Counted from the first letter of the whole stretch, positions 38,541-53,076 are shown. The stretch is DNA of 63,971 nucleotides, filler included, from Octopus bimaculoides (GCF_001194135.2; 7 parts of 6 records of this genome joined end to end with filler, not necessarily neighbours in it); one strand, 5' to 3'. Numbers and translations: made by a program. Notes: generated from the letters alone by a model not told the origin.

Positions 38541-40347
38541 TGCACTTACTCCCGTCCTTAATGCCATTGCGTTTTAATAACTTAAGAGATTCCCTCAATA
38601 TACTTATAAGCTTGTTATAATAAAGGCCTTGCCAGACGATAATTACTGTTAGCCGGATGGCTTGAATCAGTCATGTGGGCGCTGCAAGTTTTATTTGGCT
38701 TCCTAAGTGGTTGGTTCTTTGTTTTGTTTTGTTTTTTTTCCATATGTAAAAGTGATAGCTAAGAAATTAATTCTGCGTAAGTTTCTATCACCAAATTTAA
38801 TCAACGGATAAAATTCAATGATATCAGAGTGAGTTATTAATGAACATCCTAATAATTAATACTATTACACCAACAGAAAACCGCACCGCCCTTCCCTCCA
38901 GAAAAAACCTGTTATTCCGTACTGATAGATCGCTGGTTCTTTGATTTATAAGTATATTACCGCATAAGATGATATAAGGCAGCATATCTAACAAGCTTTT
39001 TGTTTGGATTTATTAACATAAAAGATCTGTTATTAAGATAATTTTACGTGTGGTCCTTAAATGTGATGTAAGTTATTTGTAAAGTTAAACATTCCTCGCT
39101 GCATCTATGTCTAACTTCGTACTGATTTGATTATCTCGTAAATTAATGGGATTGTACGCAGTATCAGTAGTCTCTTGTAAGCAACAGTAATACTGGTTGA
39201 TTAAGAACTCTTACAAGTGTCTTTTAATTAAAACAAAAAACTTAGATTCTGTCTGAGGGGAGGAAAATTTTCTTGGAATGCGGAAGACGTTTTTAAAATA
39301 TAATTTCTATTTGTGTCTGACCGCTTGTCTGTCTGTCTGTCTGCCTGTCTGTCTGCCTGTCTGTCTGCCTGTCTGTTTGCCTGCCTGTCTGTCTGTCTGT
39401 TTGCCTGCCTGTCTGTCTGTCTTTCTGTCTGTCTGTCTTTCTGTCTGTCTGTCTGTCCCTCGCTCACTTTCTCTCTGTCNNNNNNNNNNNNNNNNNNNNN
39501 NNNNNNNNNNNNNNNNNNNNNNNNNNNNNNNNNNNNNNNNNNNNNNNNNNNNNNNNNNNNNNNNNNNNNNNNNNNNNNNNNNNNNNNNNNNNNNNNNNNN
39601 NNNNNNNNNNNNNNNNNNNNNNNNNNNNNNNNNNNNNNNNNNNNNNNNNNNNNNNNNNNNNNNNNNNNNNNNNNNNNNNNNNNNNNNNNNNNNNNNNNNN
39701 NNNNNNNNNNNNNNNNNNNNNNNNNNNNNNNNNNNNNNNNNNNNNNNNNNNNNNNNNNNNNNNNNNNNNNNNNNNNNNNNNNNNNNNNNNNNNNNNNNNN
39801 NNNNNNNNNNNNNNNNNNNNNNNNNNNNNNNNNNNNNNNNNNNNNNNNNNNNNNNNNNNNNNNNNNNNNNNNNNNNNNNNNNNNNNNNNNNNNNNNNNNN
39901 NNNNNNNNNNNNNNNNNNNNNNNNNNNNNNNNNNNNNNNNNNNNNNNNNNNNNNNNNNNNNNNNNNNNNNNNNNNNNNNNNNNNNNNNNNNNNNNNNNNN
40001 NNNNNNNNNNNNNNNNNNNNNNNNNNNNNNNNNNNNNNNNNNNNNNNNNNNNNNNNNNNNNNNNNNNNNNNNNNNNNNNNNNNNNNNNNNNNNNNNNNNN
40101 NNNNNNNNNNNNNNNNNNNNNNNNNNNNNNNNNNNNNNNNNNNNNNNNNNNNNNNNNNNNNNNNNNNNNNNNNNNNNNNNNNNNNNNNNNNNNNNNNNNN
40201 NNNNNNNNNNNNNNNNNNNNNNNNNNNNNNNNNNNNNNNNNNNNNNNNNNNNNNNNNNNNNNNNNNNNNNNNNNNNNNNNNNNNNNNNNNNNNNNNNNNN
40301 NNNNNNNNNNNNNNNNNNNNNNNNNNNNNNNNNNNNNNNNNNNNNNN

Positions 40348-40406
<59 letters not shown>

Positions 40407-40551
40407 CACATGCATACATACACGCACACATATCTATGCGTGTCCATGCATGGCCATTTATCTGAATTCTACAAATGCACTTCTTAAACTTTAAGCACGC
40501 CATCGGTTCATGTGTTTATCTGCATGCAGGCACAAGCACATACATATATGT

Positions 40552-40602
<51 letters not shown>

Positions 40603-41914
40603 CATACATACGTATATATAACATGATATACAATATATAATATATATGTATATATGTATATATGTTGCTGTGCACCTGAAAACTGTATNNNNNNNNNNNN
40701 NNNNNNNNNNNNNNNNNNNNNNNNNNNNNNNNNNNNNNNNNNNNNNNNNNNNNNNNNNNNNNNNNNNNNNNNNNNNNNNNNNNNNNNNNNNNNNNNNNNN
40801 NNNNNNNNNNNNNNNNNNNNNNNNNNNNNNNNNNNNNNNNNNNNNNNNNNNNNTATATATATGCAACAAGCACTATATCACCCGCTTATATATGTCTATT
40901 TATAAATATATTTAAAACATACGTTTGTATAGCTATAGTTATTTATATACACTCCACACACACAGACACAACTACACAAACATGCATCGACAAACACATG
41001 CAAACACTCACAGGCATCCAGGCACATCTAGATATTGACACCCCTCATTCTCAATATATATAACTAACAAAAACTAAATATGTGTGTGTGTGTGTGTGTG
41101 TATCTCTTTAGTTACGTATGGATATGTAAATGTTCGTAAGTGTGTATGTGCGCGGCAAGTGCCTGCATGCATGTGTGTGTGTGTTCGTGTGTATATTTAT
41201 CTTTCTGAAAGCTATCACCGTTTTAGATCATGAAACTGAATCGAGCCAAAACAGAGCCAGTATATTGATGAAGACAGTTGATAAGACGTGTTAGCATGTA
41301 AACAGAGAGCTTTAGTAAAGTAATAGAAACAACGTCGCTAGGTAAACAAGTTGTACACAGTTTCACAGCGAAACCCTTCACCCCTACCTTCTCGAGATGT
41401 GGGCCAGACTGCTGGCTTCACTCCTTATCTCTTGTTCCATATCTTCTTAGCACCCACCCACCCGATATAGCTCTGAATTGGACACAGACATTGTCTCGCT
41501 CTAAAATCGTCATAATTATTGTCTTTCACACCATTTCGACACCACCACCGCCGCGCCGTACCGCAGCACAGCGCAACACACCACACCGAATCGCACCGCC
41601 TACTAATATTTCCCCTCTGTCCCGGGTACGGATTGTTTTATCCCCCTGGGTTGCAACAGAGATAAATATTCCGTTACTAAATGCACTTTATGTATTTCTT
41701 ATCTATCATTCCAGGATCGAGTCCATACCAATCCCCTCTTGTGAATTCAGCACCAAAAACCTCCAACATACAGAGATGGAAGTGATACGAGAGTGAATGC
41801 ATGTCCCACTGACGTTAGTTCAGATCAAACATGGCCTAGATACAATAACAGACCTTGTATGAACGTATGATATGTTTTGATATTGGAATTATCAAAACGT
41901 TTATCCAATAGTCA

Positions 41915-42085
41915 GAGGCGCAGTTGTTTGGTTAAGTATTTTGCTTGCTAACGATGTGGTCTCGGGTTCAATCCTACTGTGTGGCAGTTTGGGCAAGTGT
42001 CTTCTAATTCTATTATAGTCCAGGCCTTATGATCTTGGTAGTCGGACACTGGAAAAAAGCTCCACACACACACACACACATATAT
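41915..42085 (+). mobile_element. SINE family A head
   Basis: tttggttaagtattttgcttgctaacgatgtggtctcgggttcaatcc..tttgggcaagtgtcttcta. Confidence 0.7.
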
Positions 42086-42134
42086 ACATATACACAGACA
42101 TGCAGGAAGTAAATAGACACCTTTAATTTTCAAA

Positions 42135-42625
42135 ATCTTTTATTTGATATTAATTGGTTGAAGGAGAGGTTTCCTTCTACTTGCCCGTCCATAATACCCA
42201 AGCTTATGCAGATATGTAATACACGTTCTTGGACTAACTTCTAGTTGTTTTACAATGTCAGAAGCCTGCAAACGGGTTTCGTTTTCCACAATTCTCTTCA
42301 AACAGCGAAACTTCCTTTCCGAGGGCCCAGGTCGGTAGGGACGACAATCTGTTGATTCTTTTCCTTGGCTTTTGAATTGCACAATAATTCTATTAACAAT
42401 AGCAATAAGAATTTGAAGATTTTCGGCAATTTTTCGCTGGCTAAGACCAGCCTCAGATTGCCCAACAATACGACCTCTTTAAAAATCTAACGGTTCTGCT
42501 GATTTTTTTTGTGCGTGGCATGGTTACTCTTCGCAAATGTTTAATATAATGGCACCTGAAATGAAAAATAAATATTACATTGTAAATTCTACACCGCTGA
42601 AAACATATTAGGACGCTTATATCAG
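42135..42625 (-). mobile_element. Tc1-family transposon 5' part, transposase N-terminus (ATG at 42521), disrupted
   Basis: [71 protein letters not shown] (paired-like HTHs and RRKP motif); truncated before the DDE domain. Confidence 0.87.
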
Positions 42626-42819
42626 AAATTTTGAAAAATTAATGTGTCTATTTACTTCCTGCATGTCTGTATATATACGTGTGTATGTATACACACACAT
42701 ACGCACATATATATGCATATATATGTATATCTATAGGTATGTCAGTATGCACACACACATACATGCGCACACACACACACACAAACACAAATTCAGATTA
42801 AAGGGTCGTAAATTTAGAA

Positions 42820-43090
42820 ATGTGAACCCCAGGCTTCAAAGGCCCACAGCTTTTCGATATTCTACTGAAACACTCCAGAGATCTATCATACCTGTGGATT
42901 TAGACGCCTTCAAACTGCAGCTGGATCTTCTAATGTCCAGAACACTAAATGAGCTGATTTCACGGCTAGTCACACAAGTGAGGGCAGCATCTTCGAACCT
43001 CCTCCATCGCTTAAGAAGCTGGATGAGCAAACTTGTCGTAACACCTAGGGCGGTGCCTCAGCATAACTATAGATTACAGGCCATAGAACC
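42820..43090 (+). mobile_element. CR1-clade LINE 3' end
   Basis: FKGPQLFDIL..VDLDAFKLQLDLLMSRTLNE..RAASSNLLHR, then ggcggtgcctcagcat. Confidence 0.72.
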
Positions 43091-43247
43091 GACATAATTA
43101 CCGGGTCCCTTGTTCTGAAAGCTCTCAGAATTCATCCGGCCATTCCTGGCACATTGCCATCGTCTTGGTGATATGGACATTGTTCATACCAATTCCCAAA
43201 TCACACACTGTGCTTGACTTTGGGATTGCAGAATAATTTCTTTCAAA

Positions 43248-43460
43248 GGCGGCGAAGCTGGCAGAAACGTTAGCACGCCAGGCGAAATGCTTAGCGGTAT
43301 TTCGTATGTCTTTACGTTCTGAGTTCAAATTCCGCCGAGGTCGACTTTGCCTTTCATCCTTTCTGGGGTCGATAAATTAACTACCAGTTGCGTACTGATG
43401 TAGATCTAATCGATTGGTCCCCACCCCAAATTTCGAACCTTGAGGAGAAAAGAATAATTT
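43248..43460 (+). mobile_element. SINE family B, full length
   Basis: ggcggcgaagctggcagaaacgttagcacgcc..gttctgagttcaaattcc (B-box-like)..ggggtcgataaattaactaccagttgcgtactg. Confidence 0.92.
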
Positions 43461-44144
43461 CTTTCAGTCGTCCAATTTGTTGAGTAGCATTTACACACAC
43501 ACACACACACACACAAACACACNNNNNNNNNNNNNNNNNNNNNNNNNNNNNNNNNNNNNNNNNNNNNNNNNNNNNNNNNNNNNNNNNNNNNNNNNNNNNN
43601 NNNNNNNNNNNNNNNNNNNNNNNNNNNNNNNNNNNNNNNNNNNNNNNNNNNNNNNNNNNNNNNNNNNNNNNNNNNNNNNNNNNNNNNNNNNNNNNNNNNN
43701 NNNNNNNNNNNNNNNNNNNNNNNNNNNNNNNNNNNNNNNNNNNNNNNNNNNNNNNNNNNNNNNNNNNNNNNNNNNNNNNNNNNNNNNNNNNNNNNNNNNN
43801 NNNNNNNNNNNNNNNNNNNNNNNNNNNNNNNNNNNNNNNNNNNNNNNNNNNNNNNNNNNNNNNNNNNNNNNNNNNNNNNNNNNNNNNNNNNNNNNNNNNN
43901 NNNNNNNNNNNNNNNNNNNNNNNNNNNNNNNNNNNNNNNNNNNNNNNNNNNNNNNNNNNNNNNNNNNNNNNNNNNNNNNNNNNNNNNNNNNNNNNNNNNN
44001 NNNNNNNNNNNNNNNNNNNNNNNNNNNNNNNNNNNNNNNNNNNNNNNNNNNNNNNNNNNNNNNNNNNNNNNNNNNNNNNNNNNNNNNNNNNNNNNNNNNN
44101 NNNNNNNNNNNNNNNNNNNNNNNNNNNNNNNNNTATATATATAC

Positions 44145-44198
<54 letters not shown>

Positions 44199-44888
44199 GC
44201 GTGTATGTGTGTGCATATATATATATATATGTATGTATGTATATGTATATGTACATGTACGATCTATATGTATACATATGCAAATGCCTTCTTTATGCAG
44301 TATATATTTATACATGCATATATTAAATTGCAAATACGTATGTGTGTATGCATGTATGTATGCACACACACAAATATATGCATGTATGTATGTATGTATG
44401 TATATATATACATATATATATATACTCATCAGTATAGATACAAATATAAAGATATATTATGCAATTATATATATATACAGAGAGAAAGAGGGAGGGAGAG
44501 GGAGAGGGAGAGAGGGGGAAAGAAATAGTAGGAGAAGCGAGAGAGTGAGAGATTTACTGTTAGGTAAAAGAATGTTTATTCAGCTTGGTTTGTTTGTAAA
44601 AACTGGTAAAAAAATGAATCCTTTAAGGAAACCCCATATTTATGCTCCCACCCTTCTTCCTGAACCTCAATATGCTCAAGGTCCACCCGTATTGAAACGT
44701 ATCAGCCATAGATGAACATAGAGATAAGATATAAACCTAATATATAATAAACCAATAATATTCACCTTCGGGTGACTCATAATTTTATATATGTGTATAT
44801 ATGTATATAGAATATGTATATATATGTTGATATATGTATATGTATATATATATGTATATATACATATATATACATATATATACATATT

Positions 44889-44920
<32 letters not shown>

Positions 44921-45019
44921 TATATACATAATATATATAAATATATCTAAATATATGTACATATATACATAATATATAAATATATCTAAATATATATGTA
45001 CATATATATATATATATAT

Positions 45020-45119
45020 NNNNNNNNNNNNNNNNNNNNNNNNNNNNNNNNNNNNNNNNNNNNTTAATTAATTAANNNNNNNNNNNNNNNNNNNNNNNNN
45101 NNNNNNNNNNNNNNNNNNN
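45020..45119. other. Artificial 100-bp scaffold spacer
   Basis: 44 N + TTAATTAATTAA + 44 N. Confidence 0.95.
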
Positions 45120-45384
45120 ATATATATATATATATATATACGCATCCACACACATATGTTCATATGTGTAGACCTATGTTTAATTGTATATCCGTTATAT
45201 ACGCTTATGTATATCCATCTACATTCATATATCACTGCATCACGGAATCGAGCAAACAATCGGATGTTGTTGTACATCGCCAGTCACAATGCACTTCGTA
45301 TTGTTTTATTTTTGAATGATGCCACTCTGCTGGCTAGGAAAGCAGGCCAACATTCCTCCTGATGGGAGCGTTATTTCGTGGCAG

Positions 45385-45540
45385 GGTTAGGGTTACCATA
45401 TACATCTGAGTGGTCTGGAGTAACGTGAAATAATGTGCTTTGCTCAAGAAGACGATGGACCATCCGGTCCGGGAATCTCGACCCCATTATCTGGTGATCG
45501 TCAGTGCAGCACCCTAACCACTAGGCCACGTTCCTTCCAC
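45385..45540 (-). mobile_element. SINE family E
   Basis: Reverse complement gtggcctagtggttagggtg..cttgagcaaagcacattatttcacgttactccagaccactcag. Confidence 0.7.
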
Positions 45541-45664
45541 TCTCCACATACATATGTATATATATATATGTATACGGAAAAAGTAGTCAAGTTAGAAAAT
45601 GTTAAAATAATTTTATAAAAAACATTTCAGTACCGGTTTCAGTCACTGAACTTTTTCAACTGTA

Positions 45665-45754
<90 letters not shown>

Positions 45755-46346
45755 CTTCCCATGTATATGTGAGTATGTGTCTGTGTGCACGATGCGTGCA
45801 TGTGTGTGTCCGACTATCGAGAATGTGTTTTCTTTTGATCATGGAAGATACATTTCCACCGGAGTCCAAGAACTCTTTTCTGATCTTGGACATGTAGGAC
45901 CTGTCGTTACTTAAGAAGATTGCAAACACAGAACACTGTGATTGATGGCTAAGGCGATGAGAATAGCATACCTTTACATCGTCGGCGTTAGATTAAATGC
46001 TTCCATGCTGGGGTTGATCCAGAAGAGGCAATTTATTGAAGGTTTGGGCCACTTATGTTTCTTAAAAGTTTTGTTTTCAAATACCTGACGCTCCTTTCAT
46101 ATGTAGGTGTTTATGTGTGTATACGTATGCATAAGATTATATTCTCATACACTCTTATTTACATACAGTTTTGCAAGTAAATTGGGTGACCGTGTTTAGT
46201 GATTATCACAAGTGAAAAGTTGCAGTATATACAGTTGTCATCGCCTGAACAAGCAATGACACAGATAAGAAAATAGGAGTCCAACAGGCACACGATATCT
46301 GTGAATCTGCACTAATTGCTGTTGCCATTATTATTATTATTATTAT

Positions 46347-46405
<59 letters not shown>

Positions 46406-46879
46406 TAGCTGCTCTTGTTTTGTTGATGTCGTCGTCATCGTTTTCATCTACGGCATGGTACCTGTCATCACTTCCTTGTTCACCATCACCGTTGAGCATT
46501 ACTAGCCGAAGGGTGCAGTAAGTGGGTTAGAGCGAAGATGGTACGCAAGCAGTTTGCTATCCCAGAAGACAAGAACTTGTGTTTGAAGAGACTGAAAGTA
46601 GAAAAGTCTCTGTGAGTCAGTAGTCGGGGCTGGTCATTGGACACAAGAGTGATAGGAATAGACAGGGTAACTATAGAAGAGCACAATACCAACCAAATCG
46701 GAGAAACAGAAGTCATTATAATAGTAATAGATACTAATAAAGAAGGCAGAGAGAGGAGACAGCTTGCCTGTGAACAAGAGGCAGGAACGTGGATGTGGTC
46801 GAAGAAGTCTGTTTATTGGTCTGGTCTGGAAATACGGACTGTATATAATTGGATTTAATAGGCTAAATTAAACTAATTA

Positions 46880-47800
46880 CAGTTACAAGCGAGCAGATTT
46901 TTTGCTGAGAATTCCTGAATTTTTCTAATCGCTAATTCTATTCTTTTGTTCCTGTGAATTAGTGTTCTTATTGTAACTATGAGCATGTGTATATTTAGTA
47001 TTAGAGTTCTATAAGACTTATGTAGTTATGGTTGTTTAAAAATTGAGATTGATCTATATGGGAAAGCAGGGTACTGTCTCTCTCTCTGTAGTGTGGTTTT
47101 TGCCAATGATGTCCGAATCGGTGCTTTCGCTGTTTATAGAATAGTTATGGTTATAGTGCGTTCTGTTAAGATTATTTGATTCATTGTTATTTATCGCTTG
47201 ATGGTGGATATTTAATGTTTCTCATCTCCATTCTAGCTACTAACTATAGGATATTCTGTCACAGGTTGGGTGTAAAGATTTCTATCAAGATTAGGACTTT
47301 TAGTGCCATCAGTATAAAAAAGAGATATCTTGTGTCACATTCCGAACATGGGTTTTGCTTGATGCATTTAAAAAAATTTTGAGATAGTTGAGAAGTCGAT
47401 GTTACCTGCTGGGGTATTGTGTTGTGGAGTATGAGGACTTTATTGTGTATCTATTGAAGATACTGTGGTATTTATGGTTAGAAGTGAACATTTTGTAAAC
47501 TATAGTGTAAGGAGCGCTATCCCACGTTACAGTTTTTCTCTCGCTGTTTTTACGGTTCACTATATCAAAGGATGTTTGATTCGAAGAATCTATCATTTTA
47601 TGCTTTTTCTTTCTATTGGTTTAGGTTAGATTGATATTTTGAAATTAGGATAGTAGAGGTCTTATGGCCTATTTTTTTATTGTCAATTCTATATTTCGGT
47701 TTGCCAGTTTTTAGTGTGCGGTAGGTATGAGATATATTGGTATGCTAGTACGCTTCATTAACATAAGATGATTATCTATTAATAATCATCTTATGTTAAT
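46880..47800 (-). mobile_element. Penelope-like element, RT-to-GIY-YIG linker and C-terminus, degenerate
   Basis: RKTVTWDSAPYT..NHKYHSIFNRYTIKSSYSTT matches the PLE linker RKIIWFNPPYS..NHKLHKIFNRNTVKISYSC; later HYNHNYS and RTSLAK pieces. Confidence 0.62.
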
Positions 47801-48279
47801 GCAACATACTTATGATGGTGTAACTAAATAGCTTATAAACAAACGCTTTTTTGCTATATTTTCCTATATGTACACTGTAAACACCTAAATATGGGATTCA
47901 TTACAAAGAATACGAATAAAATCACACGAACGAAATTACTTATGGAGTTCTAAAACTTGGTTATTTGTCGCGGAATCCAAATTTAACATTGCAGGTTCTC
48001 GAAGTTTCTGAAGTTTTATACCATCACCATAAACAACTGTGACCGGTAACTATGAAGTTTCTAGAATGGATGGAGAAACTCGAGGGATTACTTTGACCCA
48101 ATGTCATAATTTCTGCGGATGAGGGTTCGAGACTCATTGTAGCCTTAGAAGTTTTATATCCAAAGTGATTTTTAACCCAATATTTACACGCTAGAACTTA
48201 TAGCCTTATTTCCTAAACAAATATTTCATCTTCTAAAAGTCTCTAAACTTTTATGACGTCAACTATATATATATATATA

Positions 48280-48511
48280 TACTCTTTTACTTGTTTCAGT
48301 CATTTGACTGCGGCCATGTTGGGGCACCACCTTTTAGTCGAGCAAATCGACCCCAGAACTTATTCTTTGTAAGCCTAGTATTTATTCTATCGTTCACTTT
48401 TGCCGAACCGCTACGTTACGGGGACGTAAACACACCACCATCGGTTGTCAAGTGATGTTGGGGAGATAAACACAGAAACACAAACATACATACACATACA
48501 TACATATATAT
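48280..48511 (-). mobile_element. SINE family A tail 1 (head lost at spacer)
   Basis: Near-identical to 30585-30800. Confidence 0.9.
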
Positions 48512-48611
48512 NNNNNNNNNNNNNNNNNNNNNNNNNNNNNNNNNNNNNNNNNNNNTTAATTAATTAANNNNNNNNNNNNNNNNNNNNNNNNNNNNNNNNN
48601 NNNNNNNNNNN
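48512..48611. other. Artificial 100-bp scaffold spacer
   Basis: 44 N + TTAATTAATTAA + 44 N. Confidence 0.95.
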
Positions 48612-48893
48612 TATGTATGTATGTATGTATGTATGTACGTACGTGTGTATGAATATGTATATATGTATGTATACACTTATGTATGTGTATATGCACGTAC
48701 GTACGTATGTATATATATGTATCTATGTATCGCATTGTATGTATGTATGTACGTGTGTATGAATATGTATATATGTATGTATACACTTATATATGTATAT
48801 ATGCACGTACGTACATATGTATTTATGTATGTATGCATGTATATTTATATGAATGAATTTATGTTTGTGTGTGTATGCATGCATGTATGTATG

Positions 48894-48927
<34 letters not shown>

Positions 48928-49465
48928 TGCTTGTATGTATGTTTGTATGAATGTGTGTTTGTGTGATAATGTTGTAGTGATGATTGTTGATGTTGCTGTT
49001 TCTGTAAACAAATCTATCTTTATTGTATAACGATAGATATACTATTGATTGCTGACAGACATGTGATACTACAGTGTGCGCATGAGGGTATCCGTATGTA
49101 TCTGCGAGTGTGTGTGTGTGTTTGTGTGTGCGTGTGTGGGAGTGAAAGAAAGAGAATGGGGGAGAAAAAGAGGAGGTGAAAGAGAAAGAGAGAAAGAAGA
49201 CAAGAAGGAGAGACACAAAGAGAGGGACAAAGACAGAGAGAGGGAGAGAAAGATGGTAGTCGCCTGGCGCTGTTTAGTATAGTGTAGTATACTAGGAAGA
49301 GTGCTAGCATGGTGGCAAAGTAAAGAGATTTGCTCCGCAAATCCATGATTCTGAGTTCGCTTCTACTAAGCAGGATCTTGACTGAGAGTCTTCTAATATA
49401 GCCGCCACTTAATTTTGCAGGCTAAGAAGATGCAGAGCACTTATACATAAGTACATATATATATA

Positions 49466-49509
<44 letters not shown>

Positions 49510-49514
49510 CATAC

Positions 49515-49558
<44 letters not shown>

Positions 49559-49933
49559 GTATGTATTTTAAGTATATATAATGGTATTTTGCCTTTCAAC
49601 AAATTACGTCAAATCTGATCATCTTTCCATAAACCTATTTTAAGCATAACGTATGTTAGATCTACGAGAAAAATAAAGGACTGCAAGCCAAATCGCGTAT
49701 TTGTGGATATATATATATATATTTCTGTGTGAGTTAGAGGATGAGACACCAACTAAGGGACAATACCTATACCGATGGTAGTGTACCGAATTATTGATTG
49801 TCAAGTGCTATAATTGGATAAATAGACATACTTGAATGTTTACTGGGTGATGTCTGTCGATTTTATATCCTCTCTGTTTTCATAATTGCTATATATATAT
49901 ATATATATATGAATATATTATGAATATACTTGC

Positions 49934-50005
<72 letters not shown>

Positions 50006-50094
50006 CTGTGTGTGTGTGTGTGTGTGTATATTTATGTATATGTGTATATATATGAATGTATATATGTATATACATTGATATTTGTATGGTTCTG

Positions 50095-50760
50095 ATAATG
50101 TGAAAATAGAATATATTCCCAAGAATATAACTCCATTCTGTGACCAAATGAATCAAGGTATGAAGCTCACTTCAAGGTACATAATCTAAGAAGTTTCAGA
50201 CAATTCATGGAAGCAACTGACAGGGTGGATAAAAGTACAAAGAGATACTTCTGAAAAACGTTCCACATGGTGGTTGCTTTGGATACAATAGCTGTGTCAT
50301 GGTTTGAAGTGAAACCCTTAGCTTTGAATGGTACTTGATAAAATGCATGACCAGTTTGTATATAAGATTTACAAGTTTTCATCAAGCAGAAAAAGTCTAC
50401 ATCAAATTCAGGAAGATATTGTGACACTTGCAAATCATGTTGGGTTGAAGATGTCATAAAGGGTGATATGGTTGAGTTGCTAGTGTCGCATAGAAAGTTT
50501 ATCTAACGAGGATTTGATCCTTTTAGAGCAAGTAAAAGCTGAGAATACGGATTAGAATTGGGAAATTCCATCAACTCCACTTAAAATGACAGCAAAGAAT
50601 ATTGCTAAACAGTTGGCATTTATAAATAAAGATATACAAGTTTGTTTTTTCTGATAATCGTGAACGTAATATAAGAATTGCAGGAGTTTTACTATAAGCT
50701 CACTTCCAACTCTGAACTGTATAAAGAGATGATGCACATTAAACGTGAAACAGTTACATG
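50095..50760 (+). mobile_element. Tigger/pogo transposase C-terminal remnant
   Basis: IEYIPKNITPFCDQMNQG (cf. FLPKNTTSLIQPMDQG), FKVHNLRSFRQFMEATD..ALDTIAVSWFEVKPLALNG, IQEDIVTLANHVG. Confidence 0.83.
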
Positions 50761-51088
50761 TTGACTATGATGAACTATAAGATACAAGACACTGTCTTTT
50801 CATTCTGTCCGTAACACTTATTCCATCGCTACCATTCCGCACAGAGGAGTCAAAATCTATGCGATAAGAACATACCCTATTACAGTATCATAATTCTTTA
50901 TTCCTTGACGTATTTCTCTTCTTTTTTTATTTATATTCATACATTAGCATACTCGTGTCGTAAAAATGCCGACAATTTTATTAATGGTACAAAATGGTGC
51001 ATCAACGCAATGGGAAAGATTACTGATCATTGTCAGCAGTCTACTAAAATATATGTACATACACAGAATTGAAGCACTTGAAGAATAT

Positions 51089-51144
<56 letters not shown>

Positions 51145-51146
<2 letters not shown>

Positions 51147-51239
51147 TCTTTTATTCATTTACTTGTTTCAGTCATTTGACTGCGGCGATGCTGGGGCAAC
51201 GCCTTGAAGGGTTTTAGTCGAACAAATCGATTCGCCTTC
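51145..51239 (-). mobile_element. SINE family A tail 1 end
   Basis: tttacttgtttcagtcatttgactgcggcgatgctgggg. Confidence 0.8.
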
Positions 51240-52155
51240 NNNNNNNNNNNNNNNNNNNNNNNNNNNNNNNNNNNNNNNNNNNNNNNNNNNNNNNNNNNNN
51301 NNNNNNNNNNNNNNNNNNNNNNNNNNNNNNNNNNNNNNNNNNNNNNNNNNNNNNNNNNNNNNNNNNNNNNNNNNNNNNNNNNNNNNNNNNNNNNNNNNNN
51401 NNNNNNNNNNNNNNNNNNNNNNNNNNNNNNNNNNNNNNNNNNNNNNNNNNNNNNNNNNNNNNNNNNNNNNNNNNNNNNNNNNNNNNNNNNNNNNNNNNNN
51501 NNNNNNNNNNNNNNNNNNNNNNNNNNNNNNNNNNNNNNNNNNNNNNNNNNNNNNNNNNNNNNNNNNNNNNNNNNNNNNNNNNNNNNNNNNNNNNNNNNNN
51601 NNNNNNNNNNNNNNNNNNNNNNNNNNNNNNNNNNNNNNNNNNNNNNNNNNNNNNNNNNNNNNNNNNNNNNNNNNNNNNNNNNNNNNNNNNNNNNNNNNNN
51701 NNNNNNNNNNNNNNNNNNNNNNNNNNNNNNNNNNNNNNNNNNNNNNNNNNNNNNNNNNNNNNNNNNNNNNNNNNNNNNNNNNNNNNNNNNNNNNNNNNNN
51801 NNNNNNNNNNNNNNNNNNNNNNNNNNNNNNNNNNNNNNNNNNNNNNNNNNNNNNNNNNNNNNNNNNNNNNNNNNNNNNNNNNNNNNNNNNNNNNNNNNNN
51901 NNNNNNNNNNNNNNNNNNNNNNNNNNNNNNNNNNNNNNNNNNNNNNNNNNNNNNNNNNNNNNNNNNNNNNNNNNNNNNNNNNNNNNNNNNNNNNNNNNNN
52001 NNNNNNNNNNNNNNNNNNNNNNNNNNNNNNNNNNNNNNNNNNNNNNNNNNNNNNNNNNNNNNNNNNNNNNNNNNNNNNNNNNNNNNNNNNNNNNNNNNNN
52101 NNNNNNNNNNNNNNNNNNNNNNNNNNNNNNNNNNNNNNNNNNNNNNNNNNNNNNN

Positions 52156-52202
<47 letters not shown>

Positions 52203-52237
52203 CATCATCATCATCATTCATATAACCTTTATATACA

Positions 52238-52690
52238 CTAGTAGGACCCGCGGAAATTCTGCGGAATGGATATATAAGAAAGAAATGATGATTTGCATTT
52301 TTATAGCACTTATAGTTTAGCTTTCTTTAAATATTCTTGACTTTTCGTCAACATTCATTTCCTCATGTCTCCGTCGCTGTTTTATTTTACCTATTTTTGT
52401 TATATCTTCTCGCTGTTGCTCTCTAATCCGTGCTCTATATCTGTACATCCTTTCTCGGGCAGCTTGCAACCGTGTTTCTTGTGAATCCTGAATTTAGGCT
52501 AAACTCAGTAAATCATGAGTTTAGGCTAAGTTAACCCTTATAAATAAATATCAATTTTTTTAAAGTGAGCAGATGATAAATAATTGCGGTTATGTGTATG
52601 CAATGATCGCTATAAAAAGAATTAGTTGAATACAAAAAATACTTTTCAATATCAATTGGCAATGTATTTAAAAACTAAACATGCATAAAG
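52238..52690 (-). mobile_element. Probable non-autonomous Helitron, 3' terminus
   Basis: Plus strand A-CTAG-taggac-CCGCGGA aat TCTGCGG, i.e. a hairpin just upstream of CTAG|T on the minus strand; 5' extent uncertain. Confidence 0.5.
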
Positions 52691-52734
52691 ACTATACATG
52701 CATCTGGGTATCACAAATCAAACATAAAACAAAT

Positions 52735-52819
<85 letters not shown>

Positions 52820-53010
52820 CACACGCAAACACATGCAGAGAGTCACTGATGAAGTCATGAAAAGTGTGACGAAAGAAATTTGACGGACGTATAAACTGAA
52901 AATAATACGAATAAAAACTAAAGAGAAGATCGAATAAATAGTGCGTGTGTTTTACTGGCAAAAGAAAATGACCATCCAGAAGTAAAATAATAATAATAAT
53001 AATAATAATG

Positions 53011-53074
<64 letters not shown>

Positions 53075-53076
<2 letters not shown>

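Noticed and set aside
46500-46860. R/N-rich reading frame (GNYRRAQYQPNRRNR) as a gag-like gene
   Set aside because: Short and interrupted by stops; more simply read as the antisense of the Penelope-like 3' region
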